64,000 nt of DNA. Origin: Bacteroidota bacterium. GTDB lineage: Bacteria; Bacteroidota; Bacteroidia; CAIKAF01. The notes under the pieces were generated by a model. The model saw only the letters and a list, made by a program, of their open reading frames with translations, did not search any database and had not been told where the DNA came from. Below are positions 27,307-38,273 of this stretch, piece by piece. The stretch is from contig VGMT01000006.1 in NCBI GenBank assembly GCA_016866335.1, positions 25,778 through 89,777 on the forward strand, read 5' to 3'. The position numbers and the translations under genes were made by a program. The stretch's first letter is position 1. Each line of letters opens with the position of its first letter.

Positions 27307-28371
27307 ATGTCATATTCAAAACGCATTTTGGTTACGGGTGGCGCCGGGTTTATCGGGTCGCATGTGGTTCGGCTTTTGGTGAACAGCTACCCCGATTACC
27401 TGATTTTCAATATTGATAAATTGACCTATGCCGGCAACCTTGAAAACATCAGGGACCTTGAATCGGCGCCCAATTATCGGTTTGAACGCATAGATATATT
27501 AGATGCAGATGCGGTTGCGCAGTTGATGCATCAAATGGATTTTAATGCGGTGGTGCATCTGGCGGCCGAGTCGCACGTGGACCGGTCCATTCAGGACCCA
27601 CTGGCGTTTGTGCATACCAATGTTTTGGGAACCATCAATTTGCTGAATGCCGCCCGTGGGGCCTGGGCAGGGCAGTTTGAAAACCGGCTGTTTTATCATA
27701 TTTCAACCGACGAAGTGTACGGAAGTCTTGGCGATACTGGGTTTTTCACGGAAACTACGGCCTACGACCCCAGAAGTCCGTACAGCAGCTCCAAGGCCGC
27801 TTCCGACCATTTTGTTCGGGCTTGGCACCACACCTATGGGCTGCCGGTGGTGATTTCAAATTGCTCCAACAATTATGGGCCGAATCAATTTCCTGAAAAA
27901 CTGATTCCTCTGTTTATTCACAACATACGGCACCGAAAGCCCTTGCCTGTGTATGGCGATGGCAAATATACCCGCGATTGGCTGTATGTGGTTGACCATG
28001 CTCGGGCCATCGATACCGTTTTGCACCGAGGTAAATTGGGCGAAACCTACAACATTGGCGGGTTTAATGAATGGAAAAACATCGATTTAATTCAATTGAT
28101 GTGCCGGTTAATGGACCAAAAACTGGGAAGACCAGAAGGCGATTCTGCCTCTTTGATTACCTATGTAACCGACCGGCCGGGGCACGATCGGCGCTATGCC
28201 ATCGATGCGTCAAAAATACAGCGTGATTTGGGTTGGGAGCCTTCGGTAACCTTTGAACAAGGCCTTTCTTTAACCTTGGATTGGTATTTAAACAACCAAG
28301 ATTGGTTGGACAGCGTAACAAGTGGAGCGTATCAGCAGTACTATGACAAGCAATATAAAAATCGGTTTTAA
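27307..28371 (+). CDS. rfbB: dTDP-glucose 4,6-dehydratase
   Basis: It has 'ILVTGGAGFIGSH' and the catalytic 'YSSSKAASDH'. The start was taken at 'MSYSKR'. Confidence 0.85.
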   Translation: MSYSKRILVTGGAGFIGSHVVRLLVNSYPDYLIFNIDKLTYAGNLENIRDLESAPNYRFERIDILDADAVAQLMHQMDFNAVVHLAAESHVDRSIQDPLAFVHTNVLGTINLLNAARGAWAGQFENRLFYHISTDEVYGSLGDTGFFTETTAYDPRSPYSSSKAASDHFVRAWHHTYGLPVVISNCSNNYGPNQFPEKLIPLFIHNIRHRKPLPVYGDGKYTRDWLYVVDHARAIDTVLHRGKLGETYNIGGFNEWKNIDLIQLMCRLMDQKLGRPEGDSASLITYVTDRPGHDRRYAIDASKIQRDLGWEPSVTFEQGLSLTLDWYLNNQDWLDSVTSGAYQQYYDKQYKNRF

Positions 28372-28373
28372 GG

Positions 28374-28823
28374 ATGTTTCGGGTAGCATTTGCGATGTTG
28401 GTCTTGCTATTTGCTTGCCAGCCTAAAACCCAACAGGGCGAATGTTTGCCCCTGGCTGAATGGCAGCAAGAAATGGATTCGTTAAATACGCCGGGTTTAG
28501 AGCTGGTTGTTTTGGCATTGCAACAGAAAGACAGCATGAAACTTGAAAAGGGCATAGAAACAGTTCAAAGCGCACATCAGCAGTTCAAAAAGCGTTCAGA
28601 AAAGCCGGATTGTGTGCAGCCAGATAGCCTTCGGTTTCTGATGGATTTGCAGTTGAAAACCTGCGATAGTGTAGCAAGGGTTTGGTTGCCCGTTTTAAGG
28701 CCATTGTTGAAAACAAACTTGAGTTTGGACGAAAAGGAGCGGCTAAGCAAAACCTTAGAGTCCATGCAGGCCGCTGCTTCAAGGCAAAGGGATTGGGCCG
28801 AGCAGTTGATGCAAGCCAATTAA
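28374..28823 (+). CDS. Hypothetical lipoprotein
   Basis: It has a signal peptide plus Cys ('LLFACQ'). Confidence 0.45.
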   Translation: MFRVAFAMLVLLFACQPKTQQGECLPLAEWQQEMDSLNTPGLELVVLALQQKDSMKLEKGIETVQSAHQQFKKRSEKPDCVQPDSLRFLMDLQLKTCDSVARVWLPVLRPLLKTNLSLDEKERLSKTLESMQAAASRQRDWAEQLMQAN

Positions 28824-28837
28824 GGAATTGATGCGCC

Positions 28838-28990
28838 TGCGGGCGGGATTGAACGCGGTAGCACGCCAAGCCACAGGCAGCAGGGGCATGCGGGCTGCGG
28901 AGGCGACTTTAGGAGCCCCCGCAAAGCCGACATGCCCCCTGACTGTGGCTGCGGCCTACCGGTGAAAGCCCGAAACCCGCCCGAAAAACT
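28838..28990 (-). repeat. GC-rich dispersed repeat, copy D (reverse)
   Basis: It reads 'gcgggcgggattgaacgcggtagc...cggtgaaagcccgaaacccgccc'. Confidence 0.8.
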
Positions 28991-29093
28991 CCCTTTAATC
29001 GAAAGAAAATGCAGATTTGAGCGCGAAAAAGCGTTTTAAACTTTCTGGTTCAAAGATTTAACCCTATCTTTGCCAACCTTTTCAAGAAAGCCC

Positions 29094-29175
29094 GCGGATG
29101 TGGCGTAATTGGTAGCCGCGCCAGACTTAGGATCTGGTGCCGAAAGGCGTGGGGGTTCGAGTCCCTTCATCCGCA
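29094..29175 (+). tRNA. tRNA-Leu (anticodon UAG), class II with a long variable arm
   Basis: The acceptor arm pairs gcggatg with catccgc. The anticodon loop 'cttagga' gives anticodon TAG. The T-arm is 'ggggg ttcgagt ccctt'. CCA is not encoded. Confidence 0.85.
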
Positions 29176-29319
29176 CTTTTTTAAGCTGACAGTCCCTGTC
29201 CTTAAGCCCAGGATACACCGCAGAGTTGCCCCAAAATTATGGGTTGCAGCCCTTCGAAGCATCTCGGGCTTTTTTACGGACCCAAGCGCCTTCATTTTTA
29301 CGAAAGTAATTGCACCGAT

Positions 29320-30660
29320 ATGAATATTTCCCAGGAACGCATTGATGAGTTGAACATTCTGATTCATGTAGAAATTGCCCCTGAAGATTATGCTGCCGAG
29401 CTTGAAAAGGGATTGAAAACCATGCAAGCGCGGGCCAACGTACCCGGTTTTAGAACAGGCAAAGCGCCCATGGGAATGATCCGCAAAATGTATGCGAACT
29501 CTATGCGCAGCGACGAAGTCTTCAAAAAATTAAACGACGAATTGTATGGTTTTTTGGAGCGGGAAAAAATCCAGTTTCTGGGCGAACCTTTGCCCAGCGA
29601 GCTTCATCCTGATGCAAACGATTGGACCAGCGACGGGGAATTCAAATTTACTTTTGATTTGGGATTGATGCCGGCGGCCGAGGTTCAGATTCCGGCTAAA
29701 AACGATCTGAAAGCCTATAAAATTACCGTTTCGGATGCCGAAGTGGAAAAAGAAATTGAGCGGTTAAGAAAAGGGCAGCCTTCGTTTCAAGAGCGTGAAG
29801 AGGTCGGCGAAGAAGATTCGGTTTTTGGCAGTTTTACCTATCAGCCCGAAGGTGCCGAAGAGCCTACCCACCCCAATTGTTTTTTGCCCATGCCCAAAGT
29901 GCAATCGGCCGAAGCCAAGCAAGCCCTACTGAATAAAAAGCCGGGCGATGTGGTTTCACTTCCCACGCAGGGCCTTTTTGCCGATGCCAAAACCAATTCT
30001 ATTTACCTGAACGTACCTGAAGAAGGCTTGGCAGCTTTAGCAGAAACCGTTGAATTTACCATAACCTCCATTTCGCGAATGGCTCCTGCCGAACTGAACC
30101 AAGGATTCTACGATTCGGTTTTTGGAGAAGGACAGGTAAGCGACGAAGAGCAAATGCGCAACCGCATTCGTGAGTCCTTGCAAGGAAATGTGCAAACCAT
30201 GGCCAATCAAGACCTGTTGACAAACCTGCGCGAGTGGTTGATTGACAGCAATCCCATGGATTTGCCAGAAGCATTTTTGCTGCGTTGGCTGCATGCCGGG
30301 CAAAAAAAGGACAAGAGCATAGAAGAAATTCGGGAATCCTTTCAAAAAGACCGCCGGTATATTGTTTGGGAGGTGTTGCGCACCAAGTTGTTGGGGCAGC
30401 ATGAGGTTAAGGTAGAAGGACCTGAATTGATGGAGGGAGTTCGTTCTACCGTAGTAAACCGTTTGGTTCGTGCTGGCTATCAGTTCAATGAAACCCAACT
30501 GAACGATGTGGTGGCCCGATTTATGCAAGACAAAGAAGAGGTACGTAGAATCCATGAAAACCTGTTGGAATTCAAGGTGCTTGAGGCTGTTCGCGTAGGT
30601 TTAAACATCGCCGAAACCTCCATCGATTCCGAAGCGTATTTTGAGCTACAAAAGGCCTAA
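29320..30660 (+). CDS. tig: Trigger factor
   Basis: It has an N-terminal ribosome-binding domain ('GFRTGKAP'), a PPIase domain and a C-terminal domain. The start was taken at 'MNISQERIDEL'. Confidence 0.85.
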   Translation: MNISQERIDELNILIHVEIAPEDYAAELEKGLKTMQARANVPGFRTGKAPMGMIRKMYANSMRSDEVFKKLNDELYGFLEREKIQFLGEPLPSELHPDANDWTSDGEFKFTFDLGLMPAAEVQIPAKNDLKAYKITVSDAEVEKEIERLRKGQPSFQEREEVGEEDSVFGSFTYQPEGAEEPTHPNCFLPMPKVQSAEAKQALLNKKPGDVVSLPTQGLFADAKTNSIYLNVPEEGLAALAETVEFTITSISRMAPAELNQGFYDSVFGEGQVSDEEQMRNRIRESLQGNVQTMANQDLLTNLREWLIDSNPMDLPEAFLLRWLHAGQKKDKSIEEIRESFQKDRRYIVWEVLRTKLLGQHEVKVEGPELMEGVRSTVVNRLVRAGYQFNETQLNDVVARFMQDKEEVRRIHENLLEFKVLEAVRVGLNIAETSIDSEAYFELQKA

Positions 30661-30726
30661 AGCTCAGTTTCATTTTCCGTATATTTGTAGCCGTCGGCGC
30701 CAATGCCGAGCTTAAATTATTGGTAT

Positions 30727-31404
30727 ATGTTCCCACACGATGAGTTTAAAAAATACGCAGTAAAGCACCGCGGTATTTCAAGCATGCACCTTGACACCTA
30801 TATGTCTTCGGTTGAAAACATGACGCGTACGGTGATTGAAGAGCGCCCTGTAAATTTTAGGGAGGTTGACGTGTTTTCGCGGTTGATGATGGACCGCATT
30901 ATATTTTTGGGAACGCCCATTGACGACTACATTGCCAACATTATACAGGCACAGCTTTTGTTTTTAGAGAGTGCCGACAGCAAGCGCGATATACAGATTT
31001 ACATAAATTCACCGGGGGGGTCGGTGTATGCAGGCTTGGGAATTTACGATACCATGCAGTGGATTGGGCCTGATGTGGCTACCATTTGCGTAGGCTTGGC
31101 TGCCAGCATGGGGGCTGTTTTGTTGTGCGCCGGAGCAGCGGGTAAGCGTACCGCCCTTCCGCATTCGCGCGTTATGATTCACCAGCCATTGGGTGGAGCT
31201 CAAGGGCAGGCATCCGACATTGAAATTACCCATAGGGAAATTCAAAAACTTAAAAAGGAACTGTATCAAATCATTGCCAACCATTCCGGCCAAACCATTG
31301 AAAAAGTAGAGGCCGACTCTGACCGCGATTATTGGATGATAGCGCAGGAGGCCAAGGAATATGGTATGATTGACGAGGTATTGGTGAAGCAACCCGGTAA
31401 GTAA
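30727..31404 (+). CDS. clpP: ATP-dependent Clp protease proteolytic subunit
   Basis: It has 'DRIIFLG', 'INSPGGSV' and the catalytic Ser in 'GLAASMGA'. Confidence 0.9.
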   Translation: MFPHDEFKKYAVKHRGISSMHLDTYMSSVENMTRTVIEERPVNFREVDVFSRLMMDRIIFLGTPIDDYIANIIQAQLLFLESADSKRDIQIYINSPGGSVYAGLGIYDTMQWIGPDVATICVGLAASMGAVLLCAGAAGKRTALPHSRVMIHQPLGGAQGQASDIEITHREIQKLKKELYQIIANHSGQTIEKVEADSDRDYWMIAQEAKEYGMIDEVLVKQPGK

Positions 31405-32627
31405 TGGCGAAAACATCGGCTCAGATTTGTTCTTTTTGCCTTCGTCCGCGTACCGAAGTTGATTTGCTTATAAGCGGTCACAAAGCCGAAATTTGCTCGG
31501 ATTGCGTGGAGCAGGCCCATGAAATTGTGCATGCAGAAAGCATTTCAAGGCCTAAGTCAAAATCAAGTGGAAAGGTCAAGTTGCACAAGCCCAAAGACAT
31601 CAAGGCCTTTTTAGATGAATATGTAATTGGGCAAGATGAGGCGAAAATCACCTTGGCGGTGGCGGTGTACAACCATTTTAAGCGCATTGGTCAAGCCTCA
31701 TCAAAAGAGGAAATAGAAATCGACAAAAGCAACGTGATTTTGGTGGGCGAAACCGGTACCGGCAAGACCTTAATCGGCCGAACCATAGCCCGCATGCTTC
31801 AGGTTCCTTTTTGCATTGCCGATGCCACCGTGTTAACGGAGGCCGGCTATGTAGGCGAAGATGTGGAAAGCGTTCTAACTCGCTTGCTGCAAGCCGCCGA
31901 TTACAACGTAGAAGCAGCCCAGCGTGGGATTGTTTTTATTGATGAAATCGATAAAATTGCGCGAAAGGGCGACAACCCTTCATTAACCCGCGATGTAAGC
32001 GGCGAAGGGGTTCAACAGGGCTTACTTAAACTGCTGGAGGGTAGCGTCATTGGTGTTCCACCTCAGGGGGGACGCAAGCATCCGGAGCAAAAACTAATAC
32101 AGGTCGATACCCGACAAATTCTGTTTATTTGCGGCGGAGCCTTTGATGGCATTCAGCGCCGCATAGCCGACCGCTTGTCGCGTCAATCCATTGGGTTTAA
32201 AACCGAAGGAAAGGCTCGGCCTCAAGACGAAGAGGTGCTGAAGTACGTAGCCCCCCAAGACATCAAATCGTTTGGATTGATACCTGAATTGGTAGGAAGG
32301 CTTCCGGTTGTAACCTATTTGTCGCCCTTAGATGCCAGCGCCCTTAAACGCATATTGACCGAGCCCAAAAACGCCCTGCTAAAGCAGTACAAGCGCTTGC
32401 TTGAAATGGATCAAGTAGAATTGCAAGTGGAAGATGAGGTGTTGGATTTGATTGTAGAAAAGGCCTTGGAATACAAATTGGGGGCACGTGGATTGCGCTC
32501 TATTTTTGAGGCCATTATGAAGCAAGATATGTTTGAGGCTCCCGATGCAGGCAAATCAATCCTGCGAATAACCCGAGAATTGGCCGAACAACGTTTGGCC
32601 CAATCCCAGTTCGGCAAGGCCGCCTAA
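31404..32627 (+). CDS. clpX: ATP-dependent Clp protease ATP-binding subunit ClpX
   Basis: It has a zinc-finger 'CSFC...CSDC', a Walker A motif 'GETGTGKT' and '[10 protein letters not shown]'. Confidence 0.9.
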   Translation: MAKTSAQICSFCLRPRTEVDLLISGHKAEICSDCVEQAHEIVHAESISRPKSKSSGKVKLHKPKDIKAFLDEYVIGQDEAKITLAVAVYNHFKRIGQASSKEEIEIDKSNVILVGETGTGKTLIGRTIARMLQVPFCIADATVLTEAGYVGEDVESVLTRLLQAADYNVEAAQRGIVFIDEIDKIARKGDNPSLTRDVSGEGVQQGLLKLLEGSVIGVPPQGGRKHPEQKLIQVDTRQILFICGGAFDGIQRRIADRLSRQSIGFKTEGKARPQDEEVLKYVAPQDIKSFGLIPELVGRLPVVTYLSPLDASALKRILTEPKNALLKQYKRLLEMDQVELQVEDEVLDLIVEKALEYKLGARGLRSIFEAIMKQDMFEAPDAGKSILRITRELAEQRLAQSQFGKAA

Positions 32628-33377
32628 GTGCTATTTATGGCGGAACTACCCCAACTTATTTGCGGCTGGCATCCCGTTTTGGAGGCCTTAGAGGCTCAGC
32701 ATCCCATTGAAAAGATTTTGCTTCGTAAGGGAATAAGCGGGCGCGGGGCTGAACAGCTTCTGCGCATTGCCCAAGAACGGCAAATTCCGGTTCAAGAAGT
32801 TCCTCAAGAGAAGTTAAACCGCACCACGCGGGGGCAACACCAAGGATTGATTGCATTTCGGGCCTTGTTGCCCAATCCCGATGTGCAAGATATCGTGGCC
32901 CAGGTATTTGAATCGGGCCAAACGCCTTTTATTGTTTTGCTGGACCAAGTATCGGACGTGCGCAACATGGGCGCCATTGCACGCAGTGCGTTGTGTTTTG
33001 GAGCTCATGCTTTGGTGATACCCTCTCGGGGTTCGGCCTTGATCAGCGAAGACACCATAAAATCGTCGGCGGGAGCCTTGTTGCATTTGCCTTTGTGCCG
33101 GGTTTGGAACTTGAAAGACAGCATTAAAAGCCTAAAAGAAAGCGGCTTGCACTTTTTTGCCGTGCATGAAAAAGGAAGCCTGCAGCCGCATCAGGCCGAT
33201 TTGTCTCAGCCCATGATGCTCATGATGGGTTCGGAGCATGAGGGCATATCGCCAGCCTATTTGAGCATGGCCGATCAATCCATAGCAATACCGCAAACCG
33301 GCCCGGTGGCATCGTTGAACGTTTCGGTGGCGGCGGGTATTCTGGCCTATGAAACCTTTAAGCAGCGGCGGGGCTAA
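32628..33377 (+). CDS. TrmH/SpoU-family RNA 2'-O-methyltransferase, RlmB-like
   Basis: It has the SpoU motifs 'DQVSDVRNMGAIARSA' and 'LMMGSEHEGIS'. Confidence 0.7.
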   Translation: MLFMAELPQLICGWHPVLEALEAQHPIEKILLRKGISGRGAEQLLRIAQERQIPVQEVPQEKLNRTTRGQHQGLIAFRALLPNPDVQDIVAQVFESGQTPFIVLLDQVSDVRNMGAIARSALCFGAHALVIPSRGSALISEDTIKSSAGALLHLPLCRVWNLKDSIKSLKESGLHFFAVHEKGSLQPHQADLSQPMMLMMGSEHEGISPAYLSMADQSIAIPQTGPVASLNVSVAAGILAYETFKQRRG

Positions 33378-34725
33378 TTCTGCCTTGCCTTTGGATTTTG
33401 TGCAGGCCTGCGAAAGCGCCTGGGGAATGCCTTTGGCCCAAACGCGTCTGAAGGCCTTAGATTTGCCCTCTGAAACATCCATTCGGTTGCATCCCAAGCG
33501 GAGTTTGTCCAACATCGGTTTAGAACAGGTTCCTTGGCATCCCTATGGCCGCTATTTAAAGCAGCGTCCGGTTTTTACGTTAGATCCCGCTTTTCATGCC
33601 GGGGCTTATTATGTGCAAGAAGCCTCATCAATGGTTTTGTGGCCCTTATTGAATCAACTTCCCAAACCTGATTTCGCTATAGATTTGGCTGGGGCTCCCG
33701 GAGGGAAAAGCACCCTTTTGTTGGATTGGATGAACGAAGAGGGCTGGTTGCTGGCCAACGATCCCATTCCGAACCGGGCCTTGGCTTTGCAAGACAATCT
33801 GAAAAAATGGGGATACACCAATGTACTTCAATCCAACGCCAATCCAGAGCAGTTGGCCCTTCACATTCCAGGTCAGGCCGATTTGCTTTTGCTGGATGCT
33901 CCGTGTTCAGGTGAAGGCATGTTTCGAAAAGATGCTTTTGCCCGGCAACAATGGACCTTGGATTTGCGGCAATCCTGCCAAAACCTACAGGCCCAAATCT
34001 TACCCCATGCGGTTGAACTCATAAAGCCCGGCGGGCACTTGATTTACAGTACCTGCACCTTTCATGAGGCCGAGAACCAAGGGCATGCGGCCTTGCTGCG
34101 CGAACTTGGAATGCAGCCTGTTTTAATGCCCCTTCCAAAGGAATATGGTTTTGAAGCCATAGAAGGAGGTTTGGGTTGGGCCGCTTACCCTGGGCAGGTT
34201 CGGGGTGAAGGTTTTTATGTGTCGGTTTGGAGAAAAGAAGGAGAGGCAAATAGGCAAACGTTAGGGGTGGTACCCAAGGGAGGTTCTGCCGAGGTGCTGG
34301 CTTCGTTGTTGCCGGCTCACCGGGATTGGACCACCCATGAGTACAAGGGTCAGTGGTATGGGCTGTCCAAGCCTTTGCTAGCCTGTTGGAATTCCATTCC
34401 CCGCTTGCAATTGCTGGGTGTTTGCTTAGGGAAAATTGAAAAGGGGCGGGTGCTTCCGGACCCTCATTTGGCCTTTATTGAAGGCTGTACGGCTCCCCGA
34501 CTTGAACTGAATACCGAAGAAGCCTTGCGGTATTTAAAAGGGCTGTCACCCGAGTTTAAGGCTGTGCCTGCTCCCTGGATTGTTGCGGAGCATGCTGGTT
34601 TGGGCTTGGGTTGGCTAAAAATCGCGGGGCAGCGGTTCAACAACGCCTATCCGCATCCTTGGCGCATTCGCATGGATTTGCCTGGGCAAAAGGGGAATTC
34701 TAATTTAGCCCAGTTTTGGCACTAA
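33349..34725 (+). CDS. rRNA cytosine-C5 methyltransferase, NOL1/NOP2/Sun (RsmB/F) family
   Basis: It has 'DLAGAPGGKST' and 'DAPCSGEGMFRK'. The start may instead be 33427. Confidence 0.7.
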   Translation: MKPLSSGGANSALPLDFVQACESAWGMPLAQTRLKALDLPSETSIRLHPKRSLSNIGLEQVPWHPYGRYLKQRPVFTLDPAFHAGAYYVQEASSMVLWPLLNQLPKPDFAIDLAGAPGGKSTLLLDWMNEEGWLLANDPIPNRALALQDNLKKWGYTNVLQSNANPEQLALHIPGQADLLLLDAPCSGEGMFRKDAFARQQWTLDLRQSCQNLQAQILPHAVELIKPGGHLIYSTCTFHEAENQGHAALLRELGMQPVLMPLPKEYGFEAIEGGLGWAAYPGQVRGEGFYVSVWRKEGEANRQTLGVVPKGGSAEVLASLLPAHRDWTTHEYKGQWYGLSKPLLACWNSIPRLQLLGVCLGKIEKGRVLPDPHLAFIEGCTAPRLELNTEEALRYLKGLSPEFKAVPAPWIVAEHAGLGLGWLKIAGQRFNNAYPHPWRIRMDLPGQKGNSNLAQFWH

Positions 34726-34772
34726 TTCCAGCCCAATTGCGGCCGTTTGCCTACCTTTATCCAAACTTTTTT

Positions 34773-36023
34773 ATGAATCCATCTTCGTTGTCGTTTCAGG
34801 TTGCCGATAAATTAATGCGCTATGTGAAGGTTGATACCCAATCGGACGCAGCCTCGCCCAGTCAGCCCTCAACCGCAAAGCAATTGGATTTGTGCCGCAT
34901 GTTGGTAGATGAACTTCGGTCGTTTGGTATTGCTCAGGTTGAATTGGATGAAAACGGCTACGTGTATGCTCGGATTCCTTCGAACCTGCCTGAAGGGCAA
35001 TCGGCACCCCGCATTTGTTTTTGTTCGCATGTGGATACCGCGCCCGACTGCAGCGGAACGGGAGTAAAGCCGATTTTGCATCCCCGCTGGGACGGAAGCC
35101 CCATCGTATTGCCTGACAACCCTTCGGTGGTTATTGACAAAGAGCACCAAACGTATTTGAAGCAACGCATCGGCGACGACATCATTACCGCTTCTGGAAC
35201 CACCTTGTTGGGCGCAGACGACAAAGCCGGCCTGGCCATTATCATGGAGCTGGCAGAGCAATTGATGGTCCATCCGGAATGGCCGCATGGCGATGTGGTT
35301 GTTTTGTTCACCCCCGACGAAGAGATTGGCCGGGGAGTCGATGCGGTTAACATGGAAAAAGTGAATGCCGATTTTGGTTATACCTTAGACGGTGGCCCAA
35401 GAGGAAGTTTAGAGGGCGAAAATTTTAGCGCCGATTATATGGAGGTTGCCTTCAAAGGAAGAAGCGCCCACCCAGGATATGCCAAAGGAAAAATGGTGAA
35501 TGCCATTAAGGTAGCGGCTGATTTTTTGAGCCGGTTGCCGGCACAAGGCTTGTCGCCCGAAACCACAGAAGCCCGTCAGGGATTTGTGCACCCCATGGGA
35601 TTGAAAGGGCAATTGGAACAGGCCTCGGTTTCGTTTATTTTGAGGGATTTTGACAGTGCCCATTTAGATGAACAGGCCGCCTTGTTGGAGTCTTTGGCCA
35701 AACAGGCTTGTGCTTCATTTCCGGGGGCTGAGTACAGCACAATCCGGAAAGAACAGTACCGAAACATGGCCGAAGTTTTGGCCTTGCACCCTGAGGTTAT
35801 GGAATTGGCCCGGTTGGCCTATGCCGATGCCGGGGTAACGGTGAACGAATTGCCCATTCGTGGAGGTACAGACGGATCCCGATTGAGCTTTATGGGCTTG
35901 CCTTGCCCCAACATATTCACCGGCGAAATGGCCATACATTCGGTTCAAGAATACGTTAGCGTTCAAGACATGGAATCGGCGGTACAGGTTTGTCTGCACC
36001 TATTGAAGCGCGCTGTTTCGTAG
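34773..36023 (+). CDS. pepT: Peptidase T (tripeptide aminopeptidase, M20B family)
   Basis: It has 'FCSHVDTAPD' and 'GADDKAGLA'. Confidence 0.8.
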   Translation: MNPSSLSFQVADKLMRYVKVDTQSDAASPSQPSTAKQLDLCRMLVDELRSFGIAQVELDENGYVYARIPSNLPEGQSAPRICFCSHVDTAPDCSGTGVKPILHPRWDGSPIVLPDNPSVVIDKEHQTYLKQRIGDDIITASGTTLLGADDKAGLAIIMELAEQLMVHPEWPHGDVVVLFTPDEEIGRGVDAVNMEKVNADFGYTLDGGPRGSLEGENFSADYMEVAFKGRSAHPGYAKGKMVNAIKVAADFLSRLPAQGLSPETTEARQGFVHPMGLKGQLEQASVSFILRDFDSAHLDEQAALLESLAKQACASFPGAEYSTIRKEQYRNMAEVLALHPEVMELARLAYADAGVTVNELPIRGGTDGSRLSFMGLPCPNIFTGEMAIHSVQEYVSVQDMESAVQVCLHLLKRAVS

Positions 36024-36027
36024 TTGG

Positions 36028-36477
36028 CTAACGAAGCTGAATACGGGCTTGGGTGTTGGGGCCAATTTCGATTAAGCAATCGCCAAAGTCTGGAGGGCCA
36101 AATCGGCCCCGAGCATTGTTGCTAAATCCATAGGCTTCCGTGGGAATGCCGAAGGCGTTTTTGTCCAACACTCCATTGTTGTTGGCATCGTGAAAAACGG
36201 CCACCGCGTACTTGGCGGGGGGCACGTTTAGGCTTAGCGTAACCTGGCCTTTTTCGGCCTCAACGCTGCGCAGATGAACCGCTTTTTTGGGCTCGGTAAA
36301 TCCTTCGGGTTTGTTGTAAAGAGCCACCCGAACCGAACCTTGGTCCGATTTCAACCCTTGAATGCTGAGTAAGGCCTGCAAGGGCTCGGCCGGCTTCGAA
36401 CCTATTAAAAAGAACCCCAAGCCTATAGAAATAAACGGAATGGTTTTAAGGCTAAAGCGCCGCTGTAAGCAATTCAA
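36028..36477 (-). CDS. DUF2141-domain protein
   Basis: It has 'VRVALYN...HDANNNGVLDKNAFGIPTEAYGFSNNARG'. Confidence 0.55.
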   Translation of the reverse strand: MNCLQRRFSLKTIPFISIGLGFFLIGSKPAEPLQALLSIQGLKSDQGSVRVALYNKPEGFTEPKKAVHLRSVEAEKGQVTLSLNVPPAKYAVAVFHDANNNGVLDKNAFGIPTEAYGFSNNARGRFGPPDFGDCLIEIGPNTQARIQLR

Positions 36478-36503
36478 GGCAAACGAATTAAAGTGGATAG
36501 GAA

Positions 36504-38273
36504 TTAGGCTTTTGAATACATGGATTCAATTTCGTCGGCGTAGCTGGTGTATAGGGTTTTGCGCCTCAGCTTTAAGGTTGGGGTTAGTTCACCGCCCTCA
36601 ATGGAGAAGGGGCGGGGAACCAGAACAAACTTTTTCACCTGTTCCCACTGCCCGAACCGTTGATTGATGCGCTGGATTTCTTTTTCAATTTTGGTTCGAA
36701 GCAAGGCGTCGTTCACCAATTCTTCGGGAGATTTTAGGGGAAGTCCTTTGTGTTTTAGCCAAGATTCAACGTGTTCCCAAGCCGGAGAAACAAGGGCAGA
36801 GGGGAAGTTTCGATCTGGCCCCACCACCATTATTTGTTCAATAAATGGAGACTCCTTAAAGGCGTTTTCCATAGGTTGGGGAGCAATGTATTTGCCCCCA
36901 CTGGTTTTGAATACTTCTTTTTTTCGGTCGGTAATGGCCAGGAATTTCCCTTCCCGGAATTCGCCGATGTCGCCCGTATGGAACCAGCCATCGGCATCCA
37001 TCACCTCGGCCGTGGCATCGGGTTTGTTGTAGTAGCCCGTCATCACGTTGGGGCCTTTGCATAGAATTTCGCCGTCTTCGGCAATTTTCACTTGAACTCC
37101 GTCAATAACAGGCCCCACAGAGCCAAACATGCGCCCAGAATGCGGCATTTGGTTTACGGTAATTACAGGACTGGTTTCGGTGAGTCCATAGCCTTCGAGC
37201 ACCGAAATTCCGGCGGCGGTAAATACCCTGGCCAATCGGGGTTGCAGGGCTGCGGCACCGGTAACAATCACCTCGGCTTCTCCGCCCAAGGCGGCCCTCC
37301 ATTTTTTAAATACCAACGCGTCGGCAATTTTAAGTTTGAAATGGTACCACGCACCATTTTTTCCATGCAATTCATAGGCGTGCCCAAGTTTCAGGGCCCA
37401 GAAAAAGATGGCCCGAATGGGTTGAGGCTTGGCTCGGCCGGCAGCCACAATTTTATCGTACACTTTTTCAAGCAACCGTGGAACGGTGGTAAAGGCGTAG
37501 GGATGTATTTCTTTCAGATTTTCGCCAATGGTTTCCATGCTTTCGGCATAAAAAATACTGGCCCTTAGGCTAACATAGAGGTAGCCCACCATGCGTTCAA
37601 AAATATGGCACAAAGGCAAAAAAGAAAGCACCTTTTTGTCTTGAAACATGGGGAACAAATCGGTGCAGGTATTTACGTTTGAAAGGATGTTCTGATGGCT
37701 TAGCATCACTCCTTTTGGCCGCCCGGTGGTGCCGCTGGTGTATATCAAGGTCATCAAATCTTCGGTACGGATGTGGCTGCGGCGCAATTCAACGGTTTGG
37801 GGGTCTGGATTTGACTTCCCGATGGAAATCAGTTCAGAAAGGTGCAGGCCTTCTGCATGCGATTCAAAGGTAATTACCCGCTGAATGGATGGGACTTGGT
37901 CCTTGATGCTCAGCCATTTTTGAATAAACTCCTCTTTTTCGATGAACAAGATTTTCACTTGGGCATCGTTCAGAATGTAGGCCTGGTCGTCGGCCGAGGC
38001 GGTAGGGTACATGGGTACAGTGATTCCTCCAAGTTGGCTAACGGCATAATCGGCCCAGTTCCATTCGGGTCGGTTAAACGAAATGATGGCCGCCCGGTCG
38101 CCGGGTTCAAACCCCAGGTTAAGCAAGCCATAGCTGAGCAGGTTTACAGTATCAAGGCAGGTTTGGGCCGAATATTCGGTCCATTGGCCTTTTGATTTCC
38201 CGGCCAGCATGCTGCGGTCAGGGTATTGGGCTGCATATTCCAACAGCAAGTCAAAGTTGCGGGAGGCTCTCAT
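36504..38273 (-). CDS. Long-chain fatty-acid--CoA ligase (AMP-binding)
   Basis: It has 'YTSGTTGRPKGVMLSH' and 'GYGLTETS'. Confidence 0.85.
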   Translation of the reverse strand: MRASRNFDLLLEYAAQYPDRSMLAGKSKGQWTEYSAQTCLDTVNLLSYGLLNLGFEPGDRAAIISFNRPEWNWADYAVSQLGGITVPMYPTASADDQAYILNDAQVKILFIEKEEFIQKWLSIKDQVPSIQRVITFESHAEGLHLSELISIGKSNPDPQTVELRRSHIRTEDLMTLIYTSGTTGRPKGVMLSHQNILSNVNTCTDLFPMFQDKKVLSFLPLCHIFERMVGYLYVSLRASIFYAESMETIGENLKEIHPYAFTTVPRLLEKVYDKIVAAGRAKPQPIRAIFFWALKLGHAYELHGKNGAWYHFKLKIADALVFKKWRAALGGEAEVIVTGAAALQPRLARVFTAAGISVLEGYGLTETSPVITVNQMPHSGRMFGSVGPVIDGVQVKIAEDGEILCKGPNVMTGYYNKPDATAEVMDADGWFHTGDIGEFREGKFLAITDRKKEVFKTSGGKYIAPQPMENAFKESPFIEQIMVVGPDRNFPSALVSPAWEHVESWLKHKGLPLKSPEELVNDALLRTKIEKEIQRINQRFGQWEQVKKFVLVPRPFSIEGGELTPTLKLRRKTLYTSYADEIESMYSKA

